Positions 10,375 to 21,535 of a stretch of 35,744 nucleotides of DNA are shown here, in pieces; within the stretch, counting starts at the first letter, position 1; each line of letters begins with the position of its first letter. The notes below the pieces were generated by a model. It did not search any database. It saw only the letters and a program-made list of their open reading frames with translations, and was not told the DNA's origin. The position numbers were made by a program, and so were the translations under genes. The stretch is from Neovahlkampfia damariscottae. Its lineage: Eukaryota. The stretch covers positions 1 through 35,744 of the forward strand of contig JABLTG010000184.1 in assembly GCA_016618085.1 (NCBI GenBank), read 5' to 3'.

Positions 10375-10685
10375 TTTTCTATAATTTGATTGGACAATAA
10401 ACATCAAAGAGAATAGTCTTTAATAAATCTGTGAGTTCCAAATTTTTAATTATTTAATATTGAGAACACCTTTTTTCTGAATAAATTTGCAAACAATAGA
10501 TTTATTTGAAACACAGAATGATATCTTGACTGAACAATACTTCTTGAACCTGATATCAACTTTAAATTTTCCACACATGTAAAAAATGGCTCTGAAGAAA
10601 AGCTTCACATTTTCTCTCAAATTTGGAAAAATAAATATGATTGGACAATTTTTTATCGTTTTCATTGGACAACTGTTTATAAGAG

Positions 10686-11118
10686 ATGAATTTTCTTCGC
10701 AAGACACAAAAAGTTTTGGTTCAAACAGCACAAAAACGTAACCTCCACGTTCATTACTGGGCAGACACAAAAGGTGCTATCCATGGTAAAAATTAAAAAA
10801 AAAAAAATTAAAAAAAACAAGCATTCCATAAATCAAAAAAAGAAGCATATTTCTGGTGTGCAGTTTTAGGAGTTGCTATGTTCATTTACTTTCCATTGAC
10901 TAAACCAAAATTTGAAGCATATGTTGAACCAGACATGGCAAAAAGAAACAAAGAAAAACCATTAGGTAAAAAAAATTTAATTTATTAAAAAAAAACTGTA
11001 TTAAGGTTGGGTATGTGTTGATTGTGGTATGTTAGAAGTTGACTGTCAAGTAAAATGCTTAAAAGAACAAAGAGAAAAAAAAGCGTTATACGAAAAACAT
11101 AAATCAAAATTTGACTAA
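10686..11118 (+). CDS. Small single-pass membrane protein (118 aa) with a mitochondrial-type presequence and a CxxC-x6-CxxxC motif; not in the ORF track
   Basis: Exons 10686-10785, 10822-10965 and 11006-11118 give MNFLRKTQKVLVQTAQKRNLH...FWCAVLGVAMFIYFPL...WVCVDCGMLEVDCQVKC...FD*. Confidence 0.75.
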
Positions 11119-11150
11119 AGAAATTTTTTTAACAATGTTTGTTTTTTGAA

Positions 11151-13607
11151 TCAAAAAAGTTGAATTTTAGAAATGATATTTTCAAAATCTCTTCTATCCA
11201 AAATTTGATGTTTGACTAATTGTTTGAGATTTTCTTTATCTTCAATCTTTTCGACAACCATTTCAAAAAATTTTATCTTGTAAAATGAAAAATGAAGAAT
11301 ATCAAGAAATTGAGATACTTGTGAAGTTTTCAATCTTTGGTATTGTTTGGAGATGAATAAATTTAACATATCTTCGTCAAAGTTCAATTTCTTATATTCA
11401 TCAAGCCATTCTGAGCTTTCTGATTCAGTCATAACTGTAAAATAGTCTTCGGATGATTCATTTGAGCTATTTTCAGAATTTAATTCAATCATGGGACTTA
11501 AAGTCTTATGTCCACAACATACAGTCCAAATGGCTTTTATCATTATTTGTTGATCTTCAAATCATTGGATATTCCAAAAAACAAGATAATTCCTTTTATA
11601 AGTCAATGAAAGAAATGATTTAAGTTCCAATAGATGAAAGTTTATTGATATAATCAAAATTTGTTCATCAGGGAATTTCAAAATTGGATATCATTCGTTG
11701 ACAAAACAAATATTCATTTGAAGAGAATTCTGATTTTCTGTGACAATGAAATACTTGGATTGTCCATGAATTGAATGAATAATTACACCTTCATCAATTT
11801 CAAACATGTCTTTCAAAGACATAAAAAATTCTAAAAAAAATTTGTTCACTTTCCATTTCAATTTGTAAAGATTCTTATTTCCAACAACAAAGATATTCTT
11901 TGAGTTTTGAAATACAAAATCTATTTTAAAATCCTTTTCTTTTGGAGCATGAAATTTCTCTTTTTTGAATTTAGATTTTTAAGGTTGATGGAATCGAAAA
12001 ATTTCAGAATTTTTGTCAATGAAATAAAATTCACTACCAAATGTGAACTGTAAAATCATCTCTCCAAACTTGTGAGAGCTTGCCAGTATTTTATATCCTC
12101 TTTCATTATTGGTCATACTTTTTTTGTGAATTTGATACATTCCTTCATCTTCTATTGTGTATATTTTGTTATTCAGTTGAAATAGCATCATTGTAAAATG
12201 ATATGATCGTGGTAAATGAAGAGTCTGTATGTTGAAAATGTTATTGTCCAATGAAAATTTTTCGATTTTGATGAAGTCTCCAACCATCGAAACACCAAAA
12301 AAATCAGTTCCAACGATTTCAAAATTCATTAGTTTAGGTATATTACAAAAATATTTCGTTTTAACTTCCGAAAATAAAAATAAATCCCCGCTTGGTGACA
12401 AAAAAAGTAAATTTTCATCAATCGTCATTGATTTGATTTTGGTATATTGAAATTTTGCAGTATCTGGAATTTTACGTTTTTTTGGTGATTTTTCAAATGG
12501 TGGAAGCCACATTTGAAAAATTGAAAAACAATATTTCTTCTCAACCCATTCATCTTTCTGTTCAGAAAATCCAGTCCAACCAATATAAAATTCTTTTTCA
12601 TTTTCATCTTTTATCACTCCACTGTAGATCCAAAAATCAATATTTGATATAAAATTGATTTTGCAGCCTACCTCCAGTGGTCTTTTTTCAAAAATTTCAA
12701 CTTCATAATATTCTTCAGTCAAATGAGGATTCAATTCATTCACAACAGGTTTTGGTAATTCTAAATCATCTAAATCCAAATCACCAAATCTCATTGATGA
12801 TAATGATGATTCTACAGGTGATGGATGTATGGAATTTTGTAAATTAGAATACTTATTTGGTGAGATTGGAATTTCATCTCCAAAACTTAATGAAAACGAT
12901 TGGTCAACTGGAGAATAAATTGGTGAATCCAGGATATTTGATGAGTCATTAATTATTGAATCAATATTTTCAAGTGGAAATTCTTCATTTGTGAATAAAT
13001 CAGATTCCTTTGGCTTAACAAAACCAAACTCCAAAGTAACAGTCTCTTGTTCTATACATAGCCTAGATTTTACTTGGTTCATGATTTTATTATAAATTCT
13101 AATCTTTTCGGATTCAAATCTATCACTTATTTCTCTACAAAAGTTCAACATTCATTTGTTTCTTACAAAATTTTTTGATGGGAAAGTGATATAACACACA
13201 AAGTCTTTGTTTCAACATTTGAATCCGTTAAAAGTCTTATCATTTTTAAAGATATGTTATCAACAACTTTTTTACTTTAAAGTTTCAAAAAAAAAAGAAA
13301 AACTTTTTTTTACATGTAGCTTGAAAAAAAATGCACTCAAAAACTTGATATATTAAATTAAAATCATCCTGGTTTTCAAATGGTTTCAAAAATTTTATCA
13401 GATAATCAAATGAGTCTACACTATTTTCTTCACTTTTCAGCAGTTTTTCAAAATGTTCCAAGTTAAAAATTTTTGTGATTGTTTCATATCTTTGGAGAGG
13501 AGGGTTGAGTTTTTTTTTTTTTATTACTGATGTATCAAAGGATCAAAGATAGGGTTTGATTTTAGGACTTGATAAATTTCCAAGAAGGATTTTTGATTCT
13601 GTTCCAT
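11151..13607 (-). pseudogene. Multi-exon hypothetical gene with a Tudor/chromo-barrel-like segment and a disrupted 3' half
   Basis: ATG at 13607 (MEQNQKSF). FYIGWTGFSEQKDEWV resembles Tudor-knot YxGWxxxxDEWV. In-frame TAA at 11981-11979, a frameshift near 11695 and in-frame TGA at 11564-11562, each followed by coding-like sequence. Confidence 0.5.
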
Positions 13608-13668
13608 GAACTTTTTGAGAAAGTTAACTCTCCAATGATAATATTCCACCAATAGATGTTTGGAAATT

Positions 13669-16566
13669 TTATTGATTTATTTTCATTTTATTTCCTGCAT
13701 AAAATGAAACAGCAGCTACTACAACGATTGAAAATGAGAAAATAATGATAGTTTTTGCCAATCCAGATTTTGATTTTTTTGATGATTCTTTTTCTAGTTG
13801 GATTGCTTTTAAGGATACTAATTTTTCATGCAATTCTTTTTCTAATTTCTTTTTTTCATCTGATTTATTTTCAAATTTTCTTTGTTCTTCTTTCAATTTG
13901 GATGATACCCTTGAAATTTCTTCTTTTGATTTTTTCAATTCATCTTCAAGATTTTTTATTTCTTTTTCCATTGAATTCTCATGTTTTAATGAAATTCTTT
14001 TTAACTTATCGATTTCGTCATTTAATGATTTGTTTGTTTTATTGTTTTCTTCATTTACGGATTGAGTAAGAATTTTTCGATCTTTTTTGATTTCTTCAAG
14101 TTCAATGGTTAATTTCATTTCATTTTCTTTTAACTTTTGGATTTCTTCTTCTTTTGATTCAATCTTTTTAATTTCATTTTTCTTTTCATTTTGTAGTTTC
14201 GAAATTTCATTTTTCAATTTTTCTAAATTAACATTTGATATGTTGATGTTTTCTTTCTTCAATTCATTGTATTTTTCAGTGAGCACTTTTGTTTTTTCTA
14301 AAACTGTTTGATATTTCTTTCTCATTTCTTCAATTTCTTGCAATAATTCAGGGATTCTTTCATCATTTCTCGGAGTAGCTGGAGCTGAATTTTTTGATTT
14401 TTGTTTCATTTCAATAAATTTCTTTTGTTCCAATGTCATTCTTGAAATTGCTTGTAGTTCAATGATCACTTCTAAAATTCGTTTTGCTCGCATTTCTTCC
14501 AAAAGAAAAACTTGAGCATATTTCAATAAAACTAGTTCCTTTCCAAATTTAAATTGCTTTGCTCCTAAACAACCTTTCAAAATATCCTTGCATTCAGAAA
14601 TTTCATCATCATCATTTGATGATTTTTCAACTTTTGAACTCAACATGAAATATCTTTTGAGAAAATCTGAATGATTGAAATGATCAATATAACCTTTTCT
14701 TGTCATTTTTATGATTTGAAGAATGTTATTCATATCAATTTGTTTCAAAATTGAATTAGAATCAATGATAGATGGCTTTTGTAATTCATTTGGAATTAAG
14801 CATAAAACTTGTTGAAATCTTGTTGATTGCATGATACTAAACAATGCAGACAACTTATTTTGAATTTCTGCTGTCAATTTTGTTTCATTTTTCATGTTGG
14901 ATAATATCTTATTAATCAATTTATTTTCACTTTTCATTTCAGATTTGAATTGAAGAAGATTCAAGTGATTCCAATTGTCAAAATCATATGTTAATTTACC
15001 AAATGAATGTTCAATATCTATTGTTTTATTTGTTTTTGCTTCAATTTCCCCTTCAATTGATTTAATTAAATCATTTTGATTTTTGGTAAATGATTCGTTG
15101 ATTCCAAAATCTATGTATTTCCAATCAATTCTTTCTTTGACGTAAATTTCTTGTTCTTTTTTGAAAAAAATATCATAGTTTAAATGTTTGAGTTGATCAT
15201 TTGAGAAATTAATGCAGAATTGATCAAAATGATTTGTCTCAAAATTTTGGTACCCTGGAATGTCAATAATCGAAATGTAGTTTGTGATAGTATCTTTAGG
15301 TGCTAATTTTTGATTTATATCGAATATAAGTTGATTGAACATTTGGTAGTAGAGAACTTGGATGAAATTTGTTTTTGTTTTTGAGGTCAATTTTTCAACT
15401 TCTTCTGAGCTGATATCTAACAAATTTGAAATGTATATTGCCTCTTCTTTATATTCTTCATTTGAAATTAATCCGTCTTCACCGATTTCTAAATTTCCAA
15501 TTTTTAAAATTGAAATGCAAATTTTAAAATAATCATCCAATGAAAAATCAAGATATTCAGCTGCATCCACTAAATCTTTAAAACATTCAGAGTCGTTAAC
15601 ACCTGGAATAATCACTGAATTTAATAATTTATATTCTGAAACTTCCTTTAATTCATATTTTTTAATTAGTTCTTCGTCAGCTAAAATTTCATAAAAAATA
15701 TTAAAATTTCTTCCATTTTTCGAATCAACAACACGATTAGGATTCACCAATTGTGGGTTGATAAATGATCCTGAATATTTGTTCTTTGAAAATTTCAGTT
15801 CAACCAAATTCAAACAAGATGAAGTCTTTGAGCTTTTTGAACTTCCATAGTTTGCAAATGATTCCAATATTACGAGAGCACTTAAGAGCATTTCTGAATT
15901 GGTTTCTTCATTGGATACATTTCCAATGTATTCAATTAAATGTTGCATATTTTTTGATTTTCCTGAACTTGACTCTCCAAATAACAATATTGATTGATTG
16001 ATAGATAATTTGATAACATCAAAGTACGCTTTGTCACCAACTGTGTAAATATGTGGTTCAATAGTATCTTTTCTAGCTCCTGTATGTAAATTCATTTGTT
16101 TTTTTGAAAACATTGAAGGTAGGTCTTGATAAGGATTTAAGGATAACAAAGTATTCCCAAAGAATGTATAAATCAAATTTTTTTCATATCTTGATTTGAT
16201 ATTTTGTAAAATGGTGTAATTGTTCAAATGATATAGTGAAGACATATCTTCACATAAATCAAAATCTGGTCCATTCATTGGAAATATTAAAGCTATTGGA
16301 ACGTTTTGTTTTTCACCATTTTGTGTTAAAACTTCAAATTCATTTGTTTCTGAGTTTCTGGAAATAACTTCTCCTATGGTACATCCTTCTTTTTTGTCTT
16401 CAACCCAAATATAATTTTGACCTCCTGTTTTCCAAGTTTCTTCTGATTCTCTGGCTTGATAAAACTTGTCAAGGAAAGACATTTCTTCATTTGTGTATTT
16501 TTCTTTATTCTCTTTGATTACACTAATGCCTCTTTTTTTTCTTGGCTTTTTTGTTTCTGTTGTCAT
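13669..16566 (-). CDS. Divergent myosin (class II-like layout: N-terminal SH3-like, motor, IQ, coiled coil) with a C-terminal transmembrane helix
   Basis: RYEKNLIYT, LSLNPY, PHIY, QSILLFGESSSGKS, RNFNIFY, FDQFCINFSND and EQEIYVKERIDWKYIDF; heptad-rich tail; terminal IIIFSFSIVVVAAVSFYAG. Confidence 0.92.
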   Translation of the reverse strand: MTTETKKPRKKRGISVIKENKEKYTNEEMSFLDKFYQARESEETWKTGGQNYIWVEDKKEGCTIGEVISRNSETNEFEVLTQNGEKQNVPIALIFPMNGPDFDLCEDMSSLYHLNNYTILQNIKSRYEKNLIYTFFGNTLLSLNPYQDLPSMFSKKQMNLHTGARKDTIEPHIYTVGDKAYFDVIKLSINQSILLFGESSSGKSKNMQHLIEYIGNVSNEETNSEMLLSALVILESFANYGSSKSSKTSSCLNLVELKFSKNKYSGSFINPQLVNPNRVVDSKNGRNFNIFYEILADEELIKKYELKEVSEYKLLNSVIIPGVNDSECFKDLVDAAEYLDFSLDDYFKICISILKIGNLEIGEDGLISNEEYKEEAIYISNLLDISSEEVEKLTSKTKTNFIQVLYYQMFNQLIFDINQKLAPKDTITNYISIIDIPGYQNFETNHFDQFCINFSNDQLKHLNYDIFFKKEQEIYVKERIDWKYIDFGINESFTKNQNDLIKSIEGEIEAKTNKTIDIEHSFGKLTYDFDNWNHLNLLQFKSEMKSENKLINKILSNMKNETKLTAEIQNKLSALFSIMQSTRFQQVLCLIPNELQKPSIIDSNSILKQIDMNNILQIIKMTRKGYIDHFNHSDFLKRYFMLSSKVEKSSNDDDEISECKDILKGCLGAKQFKFGKELVLLKYAQVFLLEEMRAKRILEVIIELQAISRMTLEQKKFIEMKQKSKNSAPATPRNDERIPELLQEIEEMRKKYQTVLEKTKVLTEKYNELKKENINISNVNLEKLKNEISKLQNEKKNEIKKIESKEEEIQKLKENEMKLTIELEEIKKDRKILTQSVNEENNKTNKSLNDEIDKLKRISLKHENSMEKEIKNLEDELKKSKEEISRVSSKLKEEQRKFENKSDEKKKLEKELHEKLVSLKAIQLEKESSKKSKSGLAKTIIIFSFSIVVVAAVSFYAGNKMKINQ

Positions 16567-16869
16567 CGGTTCGGTTTTTTTTTGGTTTTCTCTAAAATAA
16601 ACCAATCATATCAAAATAGCAAAATAAAATCAAATCTGTTGGGAAAAAAAAGAAATGGTCCTTTAACAAAATTCCACATCCAAAATCATTAATGTAATCA
16701 AGAAGAAAAGTTCAGAGGAAAAACAATCTGTGTGATTTATTGGTTCATCTTGAGAAAAATAAAATTATGAGAACAGCATCATTTTTTTTTGGAATTATTA
16801 TCTGAGATATATGATAGTTAATTCAAATAATTCAAATTAAATTGAGTTTTTTTTTCTAAAAAATTTTTC

Positions 16870-17742
16870 TCAATTTTTCAACAGTGTCTCCAAAATTTCT
16901 TCGCAATATGATTTATAACTGCTTCCAAATAAATTCAAATGATTTAAATAGTGATACAATTGATATAACAAAATACGTTTTTCAAAACCAACTTCCTTTC
17001 GAATGATTTTATGATATTCTTCAAAAAAATTATTTGAAAAGCCACCAAACATTTTCATTATTGATAACTCAGCTTCATAATGTCCGTAATAAGTTGCTGG
17101 ATCAAATAAAACAGGTTCTTTGTTTTCATCAAAACCAAAATTACCTGACCATAAATCACCATGAATCAATGATGGTTTTAAGTTAATTCCAATGAACAAT
17201 TTATCAATTCCTTTGATTAATTCTTTTCCCATTTTTTTGATTTTGACATTTGAACTGTCCAACATTTCGAGTTGTTTTTCTAATCTGAATTTCACATAAA
17301 ATTCAATCCAATTTGTGCTCCATTCATTATATTGTGGTGAAGAACCGATAAAATTATCTAATTCAAATCCGAATTTTTGCTCTTTAGGTTGATAAGAATG
17401 TAGATTGGCAAGTTTTCTAGCAAATTTTTTTTCATCTCCGAATGATGTAAAGTTTATGAATTCCATAATGATAAAACTGGTATTTTCTGAATATTTTCCA
17501 ACTTTGTAAACCTTTGGTACTCTTATGGTGCTTGTTTGTTCTAAGTGACTCAACCCTATTGATTCAGATGTAAACATTTGAAAAGAGTGTTTTGCCGAAT
17601 TTATTTTGACAAAAAAAGACCCTTTTGAGGTTTTATATTCAAAAGCTTCACTAATATCACCTCCTCCTACAGATTTGATGAATAATAATTCAGCTTCTTC
17701 ACAACATGTTTGTTTGATTTCCTCAACAATTTTGTTCTCCAT
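16870..17742 (-). CDS. FN3K: Fructosamine/ketosamine-3-kinase family protein
   Basis: VGGGDIS, FFVK, FGF-x-LDNFIG, PSLIHGDLWSGN, FDPATYYGHYEAEL and LYHYLNHLNLFG. Confidence 0.93.
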   Translation of the reverse strand: MENKIVEEIKQTCCEEAELLFIKSVGGGDISEAFEYKTSKGSFFVKINSAKHSFQMFTSESIGLSHLEQTSTIRVPKVYKVGKYSENTSFIIMEFINFTSFGDEKKFARKLANLHSYQPKEQKFGFELDNFIGSSPQYNEWSTNWIEFYVKFRLEKQLEMLDSSNVKIKKMGKELIKGIDKLFIGINLKPSLIHGDLWSGNFGFDENKEPVLFDPATYYGHYEAELSIMKMFGGFSNNFFEEYHKIIRKEVGFEKRILLYQLYHYLNHLNLFGSSYKSYCEEILETLLKN

Positions 17743-17925
17743 TTGACCAATGAAATTCACTGAGCAAAGAGGGTGTTATTAAATATTTCGTCAAATCCTT
17801 CTTTTTCTTTTCTTCCAAAATCAATGAATCTATTTTCATTGAAGGAACAACTTCCACTACACTCACCATAATTTTTTTGTGATTCTATATTTTCTATTTA
17901 TTTGTGTGCAGATATTGATAATTTT

Positions 17926-18012
17926 GCTCTGATGATCTGGCATGGTTTGTCGGGGATGACTTCAAATCATTGGTCCACATTGTGGAAGAGGTTCGATTCC
18001 TCCTTCGGAGCG
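17926..18012 (+). tRNA. tRNA-Sec (anticodon UCA)
   Basis: 9-position acceptor stem GCTCTGATG/CTTCGGAGC (one T-T mismatch), 6-bp D stem CTGGCA/TGTCGG, anticodon loop CTTCAAA, long variable arm TCCAC-ATT-GTGGA, 4-bp T stem GAGG/CCTC with a TTCGATT loop, G discriminator and a downstream T run. This is the eukaryotic 9/4 fold. Confidence 0.93.
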
Positions 18013-18166
18013 TCTTTCTTTTTTCCTTGAATTTCTTATCATATTTTTCTTCTGTTTGAAGTTCAAGTTTCAAATTTTTTTCATCTGAACATTTTTATCA
18101 TCAAATAAAAAATCAGTATATTTGACCAATCACAGGTTTTTGTGAAAATTAACAGTTTTCGTATCA

Positions 18167-18823
18167 ATGTCGGCATATACAAACAGTGATTACTTATTCA
18201 AAGTTTTAGTTCTGGGTGACTGCAGAGTTGGAAAAACAGCATTTGTTGATAGATTCTGTGAACAAAATTTTCAAAGCAAAATAGAACCAACCAACGGAGT
18301 CGATTTCAAACTTAAAACCATTTCTCATGAAGAAAAACTTGTAAAATTTCAAATATGGGACTCTTCTGGAGCTCAAAAATTCAGAAAAATCGTTGAACAA
18401 TATTGTAAAGGAATGCATGGATATTTTTTATGTTTTGATATTTCAAACAGAGAATCATTTGATGGACTGGATGTATGGTTAAAACAAATCCAAGATTTTC
18501 AAACTCTTGATGAATCATTTTTGTTGTTAGTTGGCACAAAGAATGATTTGAAAGATAAAAGAAAAGTTGAAGAAGAGGAAATTTTAAAACTTTGTAAAGA
18601 GCACAGTATTGATTATTTTGAAGTCAGTTCAAAAAATGATTTCAATGTTGAAGAAACTTTTCGAAAAATGTTTGACACAGTAACAGAAAGAGGTATGAAT
18701 AACGATGAAGATGAAAGGATAACTGATGATATTGTTGATGGACCTTATGATGAAGTTGGTGGTGTTGGATTATGTTGTTGTTGTTTTAGAATTTTTTGTT
18801 GTTGTTGTTCATGTTTTTTTTAA
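18167..18823 (+). CDS. Divergent Rab-family small GTPase with a poly-Cys tail
   Basis: DYLFKVLVLGDCRVGKT, GVDFKLKTI, WDSSGAQKFR, VGTKND and EVSSK; tail LCCCCFRIFCCCCSCFF. Confidence 0.92.
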   Translation: MSAYTNSDYLFKVLVLGDCRVGKTAFVDRFCEQNFQSKIEPTNGVDFKLKTISHEEKLVKFQIWDSSGAQKFRKIVEQYCKGMHGYFLCFDISNRESFDGLDVWLKQIQDFQTLDESFLLLVGTKNDLKDKRKVEEEEILKLCKEHSIDYFEVSSKNDFNVEETFRKMFDTVTERGMNNDEDERITDDIVDGPYDEVGGVGLCCCCFRIFCCCCSCFF

Positions 18824-19232
18824 AAGTAATTCTTTTGTTAAAAACAATGTTTCAGAAGCCTCTTCAACAATTCAACTTGTTGTCAAAAACAAAATTAGAT
18901 TCGACGTTAATTTGTAAATTTCTCACAAAATTAAAAGACATTAGGTTTAAAAGAGTATCAAAGATGAAGAAAAGTTGCAACAGAAAGATTTTTATTCAAC
19001 AATTTCACCAAATTTTGGCTCACCATCAAAATATCAAAAACAATTTACGAAAATTTTTCAAGAACAATTTGAAGGCATCTGACATATGACAAATATTAAT
19101 AATAAAAATAAAAACTAAAACCTATTTCATATTTTTTTTCAACACTTCCTAATCCTGTCTAAAGAATCTCCGAAATCCGTATCCTTTAGTGAAAAAAAAA
19201 AAAAATTTCAGAAGGAGGTTAAAATTTATTCT

Positions 19233-20183
19233 TTATTTTTCAGTTGATCTATATAATCCGCAAACAATAGCATGATCTCTTTCAAAAGGTTCTAATGTAA
19301 TTTGTTCTTTAGGTTGGAAATTTTCTGATTGTAATTTTTCAACTTCTTTTGCAAAAACAACTTCTGGTTTTTGAGTTGAATCAACACAATTTGCTTTAAT
19401 TGAAATAACAAAAGCACCACCAGTTTTCAAGAAATATTGAGCATTGTATGAAACAATTCTAGCTTGATCAGGTTGAGCAACATCAGCAAAAATAACATCT
19501 ACCATACCGACGAGCATTCTATATTTCAAAGGATGTCTAGCATCTTCAACAATTGGAATAACATTTGTTCTTTTTTTTGCCATTTCAATTAAATCTCTTC
19601 CGGATCTGTGTGAAAATTCAACAGCATAAACTAAACCGTTTGGACCAACAAGATCTGAACAATGTGATACAGTTGTACCAGAAGCAGCTCCTAAATATAA
19701 TAATTTTGATCCTGGTTTGATGTAGATATTTTCCAAACCTCCTAAAATACCAGCAGCAATTTTAGAACGGAAAGGATTCCAAATTCTATATTCAATTTTT
19801 TCTCCATCTTCTTTGTCAACTGTGACTCTTTTTTCGTTATAAACTGAATGTCCTGGAACACTATTGAGAGTTGCGAGTGAATCTTCTTTTCCTTTAACAA
19901 CGAATACACCTTCGTGACGATGTGGTTGTACTATAACTTTTGAACCACCACCAGCACCTCCTCTTCCACCACCTCTACCACCACCTCTTCCACCTCTTCC
20001 AGCACCTCCTCTTCCACCACCTCTTCCACCACCTCTTCCACCTCCTCTTCCACCACCTCTACCACCACCACCAAAACCACCTCTTGAACCACCTCTTGAT
20101 CCACCTCCAAATCCACCTCGGCCACCGCCTCTTGAGCCTCCAAATCCACCTCTTGATCCTCCTCTTGAACCTCCTCTATTCAT
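19233..20183 (-). CDS. FBL: Fibrillarin (rRNA 2'-O-methyltransferase)
   Basis: GAR domain followed by [29 protein letters not shown] and [10 protein letters not shown]. Confidence 0.99.
   Translation of the reverse strand: MNRGGSRGGSRGGFGGSRGGGRGGFGGGSRGGSRGGFGGGGRGGGRGGGRGGGRGGGRGGAGRGGRGGGRGGGRGGAGGGSKVIVQPHRHEGVFVVKGKEDSLATLNSVPGHSVYNEKRVTVDKEDGEKIEYRIWNPFRSKIAAGILGGLENIYIKPGSKLLYLGAASGTTVSHCSDLVGPNGLVYAVEFSHRSGRDLIEMAKKRTNVIPIVEDARHPLKYRMLVGMVDVIFADVAQPDQARIVSYNAQYFLKTGGAFVISIKANCVDSTQKPEVVFAKEVEKLQSENFQPKEQITLEPFERDHAIVCGLYRSTEK
19947..20175 (-). repeat. RGG/GAR coding repeat (AGAGGTGGTGGA-type units)
   Basis: Tandem CCTCTTCCACCA-like units on the + strand, within the fibrillarin N-terminus. 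Confidence 0.9.
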
Positions 20184-20281
20184 TTTATTTTGTTAAGTAT
20201 TGCAAGTTCGATTGGTCAATTTCAACCAATCATCTTATATAATTATTCAACAAACTTCTGGTCATCTTTTGAAGAAGAAAA
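20184..20281. promoter_or_regulatory. 98-bp bidirectional promoter between FBL and BUD13 with oppositely oriented CCAAT boxes
   Basis: GATTGG at 20210-20215 and CCAATCA at 20226-20232 between head-to-head start codons. Confidence 0.6.
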
Positions 20282-21535
20282 ATGAAAAGTTACTTGGATA
20301 AATATAAAGGCACCGTAGAAAAAAGTACAAGTGATTTCAAAACTAAAGGAAAAAAGAAAAAAACAAAACCCACCTCAGAAACTGAGTTATTCTCCCGAGA
20401 AGAGTTTGAAGATCCTGATTTCGCCCCAACCATCGTTGATTTAAAAGAATTCAGAACAGAAGAGGCTGAAAAAGATAGAATTCAAAGATTAAATTCAAAA
20501 ACATCGGAAAAATCAGCTGGTTGGAAAGTTATTGATGCTCCAAAAAAATCAAGACATGATTCTTCAGAAGATGAAGATGAAGAAAAAAGTTTTTTGGAAA
20601 CAAAAGAACCAGAAATACAAGACTTTGGATCACGAAGAAAAAGAAGAAATGATACATCTGATGAAGAATCATCAGAAGACTTGTCACCAATCAGAAAAAA
20701 TAGAAACTCAACAGAACAAATAAAAAAAAGAAGATTAGATTCATCAGATTCCGAAAAATCTCCAGAACGATCAACAAAAAAAAACATTTCACATGTGAAA
20801 GAAGAATCACCTGATTTATCACCACAGAGAAGAAGAAGAAGAGAAGTTGATTCAGAATCTGATTCAGATTCTCCACCAAGAAGAAGAAGAAATGTATCAC
20901 CTCCTCATGATTCAAGAAGGAGGTTTCAAACACCTACAGTTGTGAAAAAAGGTGAAGACAATTTGGCTGGTTTAAAAACATCAGAAGAACTTGATTCTCA
21001 TCTAAATTTACAAAAAGAAAAAGAAATGAAAAGTTTTGAAAGTATGCATCCATCAGAAACAGGACAATTTGCTCAAACAGTTTTTAGAGATAAAGAAGGA
21101 AGAATCATTTCACAAGAAGAATATGAAAAAATTCATGAAAAGAAAAAAAAGAAAGATTTTGTAATACAAAAAGATTTTGAATGGAATGGAGGTTTAGTTC
21201 AAAAACAGAACCAACAAATAGCAGAAGATAATTTTCTAAGAACTATTTCAAAGCCATTTGCAACTCATGAAGGAGAAGATTCAGACTATGAAAATGAATT
21301 AAAAGATCAAATTAGAGAAGGTGATCCAATGGCTCATTTAGTTTCAAAAAAGAAAAAAAAAAAGAAAAAAAATCAAAGACCAGAATATGAAGGTTCTTAT
21401 TTACCAAATCGATACGGAATTAAACCAGGTCATTTATGGGATGGTGTGAATAGATCAAATGGATTTGAAAAAAAATTCTTTCAACAACAAAGTAAAATGA
21501 TTGTTAACAAATCCAATGATTATCAAGATTTTTAA
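20282..21535 (+). CDS. BUD13: BUD13/Cwc26 RES-complex splicing factor
   Basis: DLSP/RS-rich repeats, TVFRDKEGR, WNGGLVQ, REGDPMA and PNRYGIKPGHLWDGVNRSNGFE. Confidence 0.96.
   Translation: MKSYLDKYKGTVEKSTSDFKTKGKKKKTKPTSETELFSREEFEDPDFAPTIVDLKEFRTEEAEKDRIQRLNSKTSEKSAGWKVIDAPKKSRHDSSEDEDEEKSFLETKEPEIQDFGSRRKRRNDTSDEESSEDLSPIRKNRNSTEQIKKRRLDSSDSEKSPERSTKKNISHVKEESPDLSPQRRRRREVDSESDSDSPPRRRRNVSPPHDSRRRFQTPTVVKKGEDNLAGLKTSEELDSHLNLQKEKEMKSFESMHPSETGQFAQTVFRDKEGRIISQEEYEKIHEKKKKKDFVIQKDFEWNGGLVQKQNQQIAEDNFLRTISKPFATHEGEDSDYENELKDQIREGDPMAHLVSKKKKKKKKNQRPEYEGSYLPNRYGIKPGHLWDGVNRSNGFEKKFFQQQSKMIVNKSNDYQDF

Noticed and set aside
10450..10770. 106-aa minus-strand ORF
   Set aside because: It has a non-ATG start, no motif, and overlaps the promoter and first exon of the spliced + strand gene at 10686.
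13745..14311. Phe/Ser-rich + strand ORFs
   Set aside because: They are antisense to the Lys/Glu-rich myosin coiled coil.
18830..19230. Short + strand ORFs downstream of the Rab gene
   Set aside because: They have no motif or credible start, and are probably UTR or spacer sequence.
19931..20242. His-rich (+) and Val/Glu-rich (-) ORFs
   Set aside because: They are alternative-frame shadows of the fibrillarin RGG repeat.
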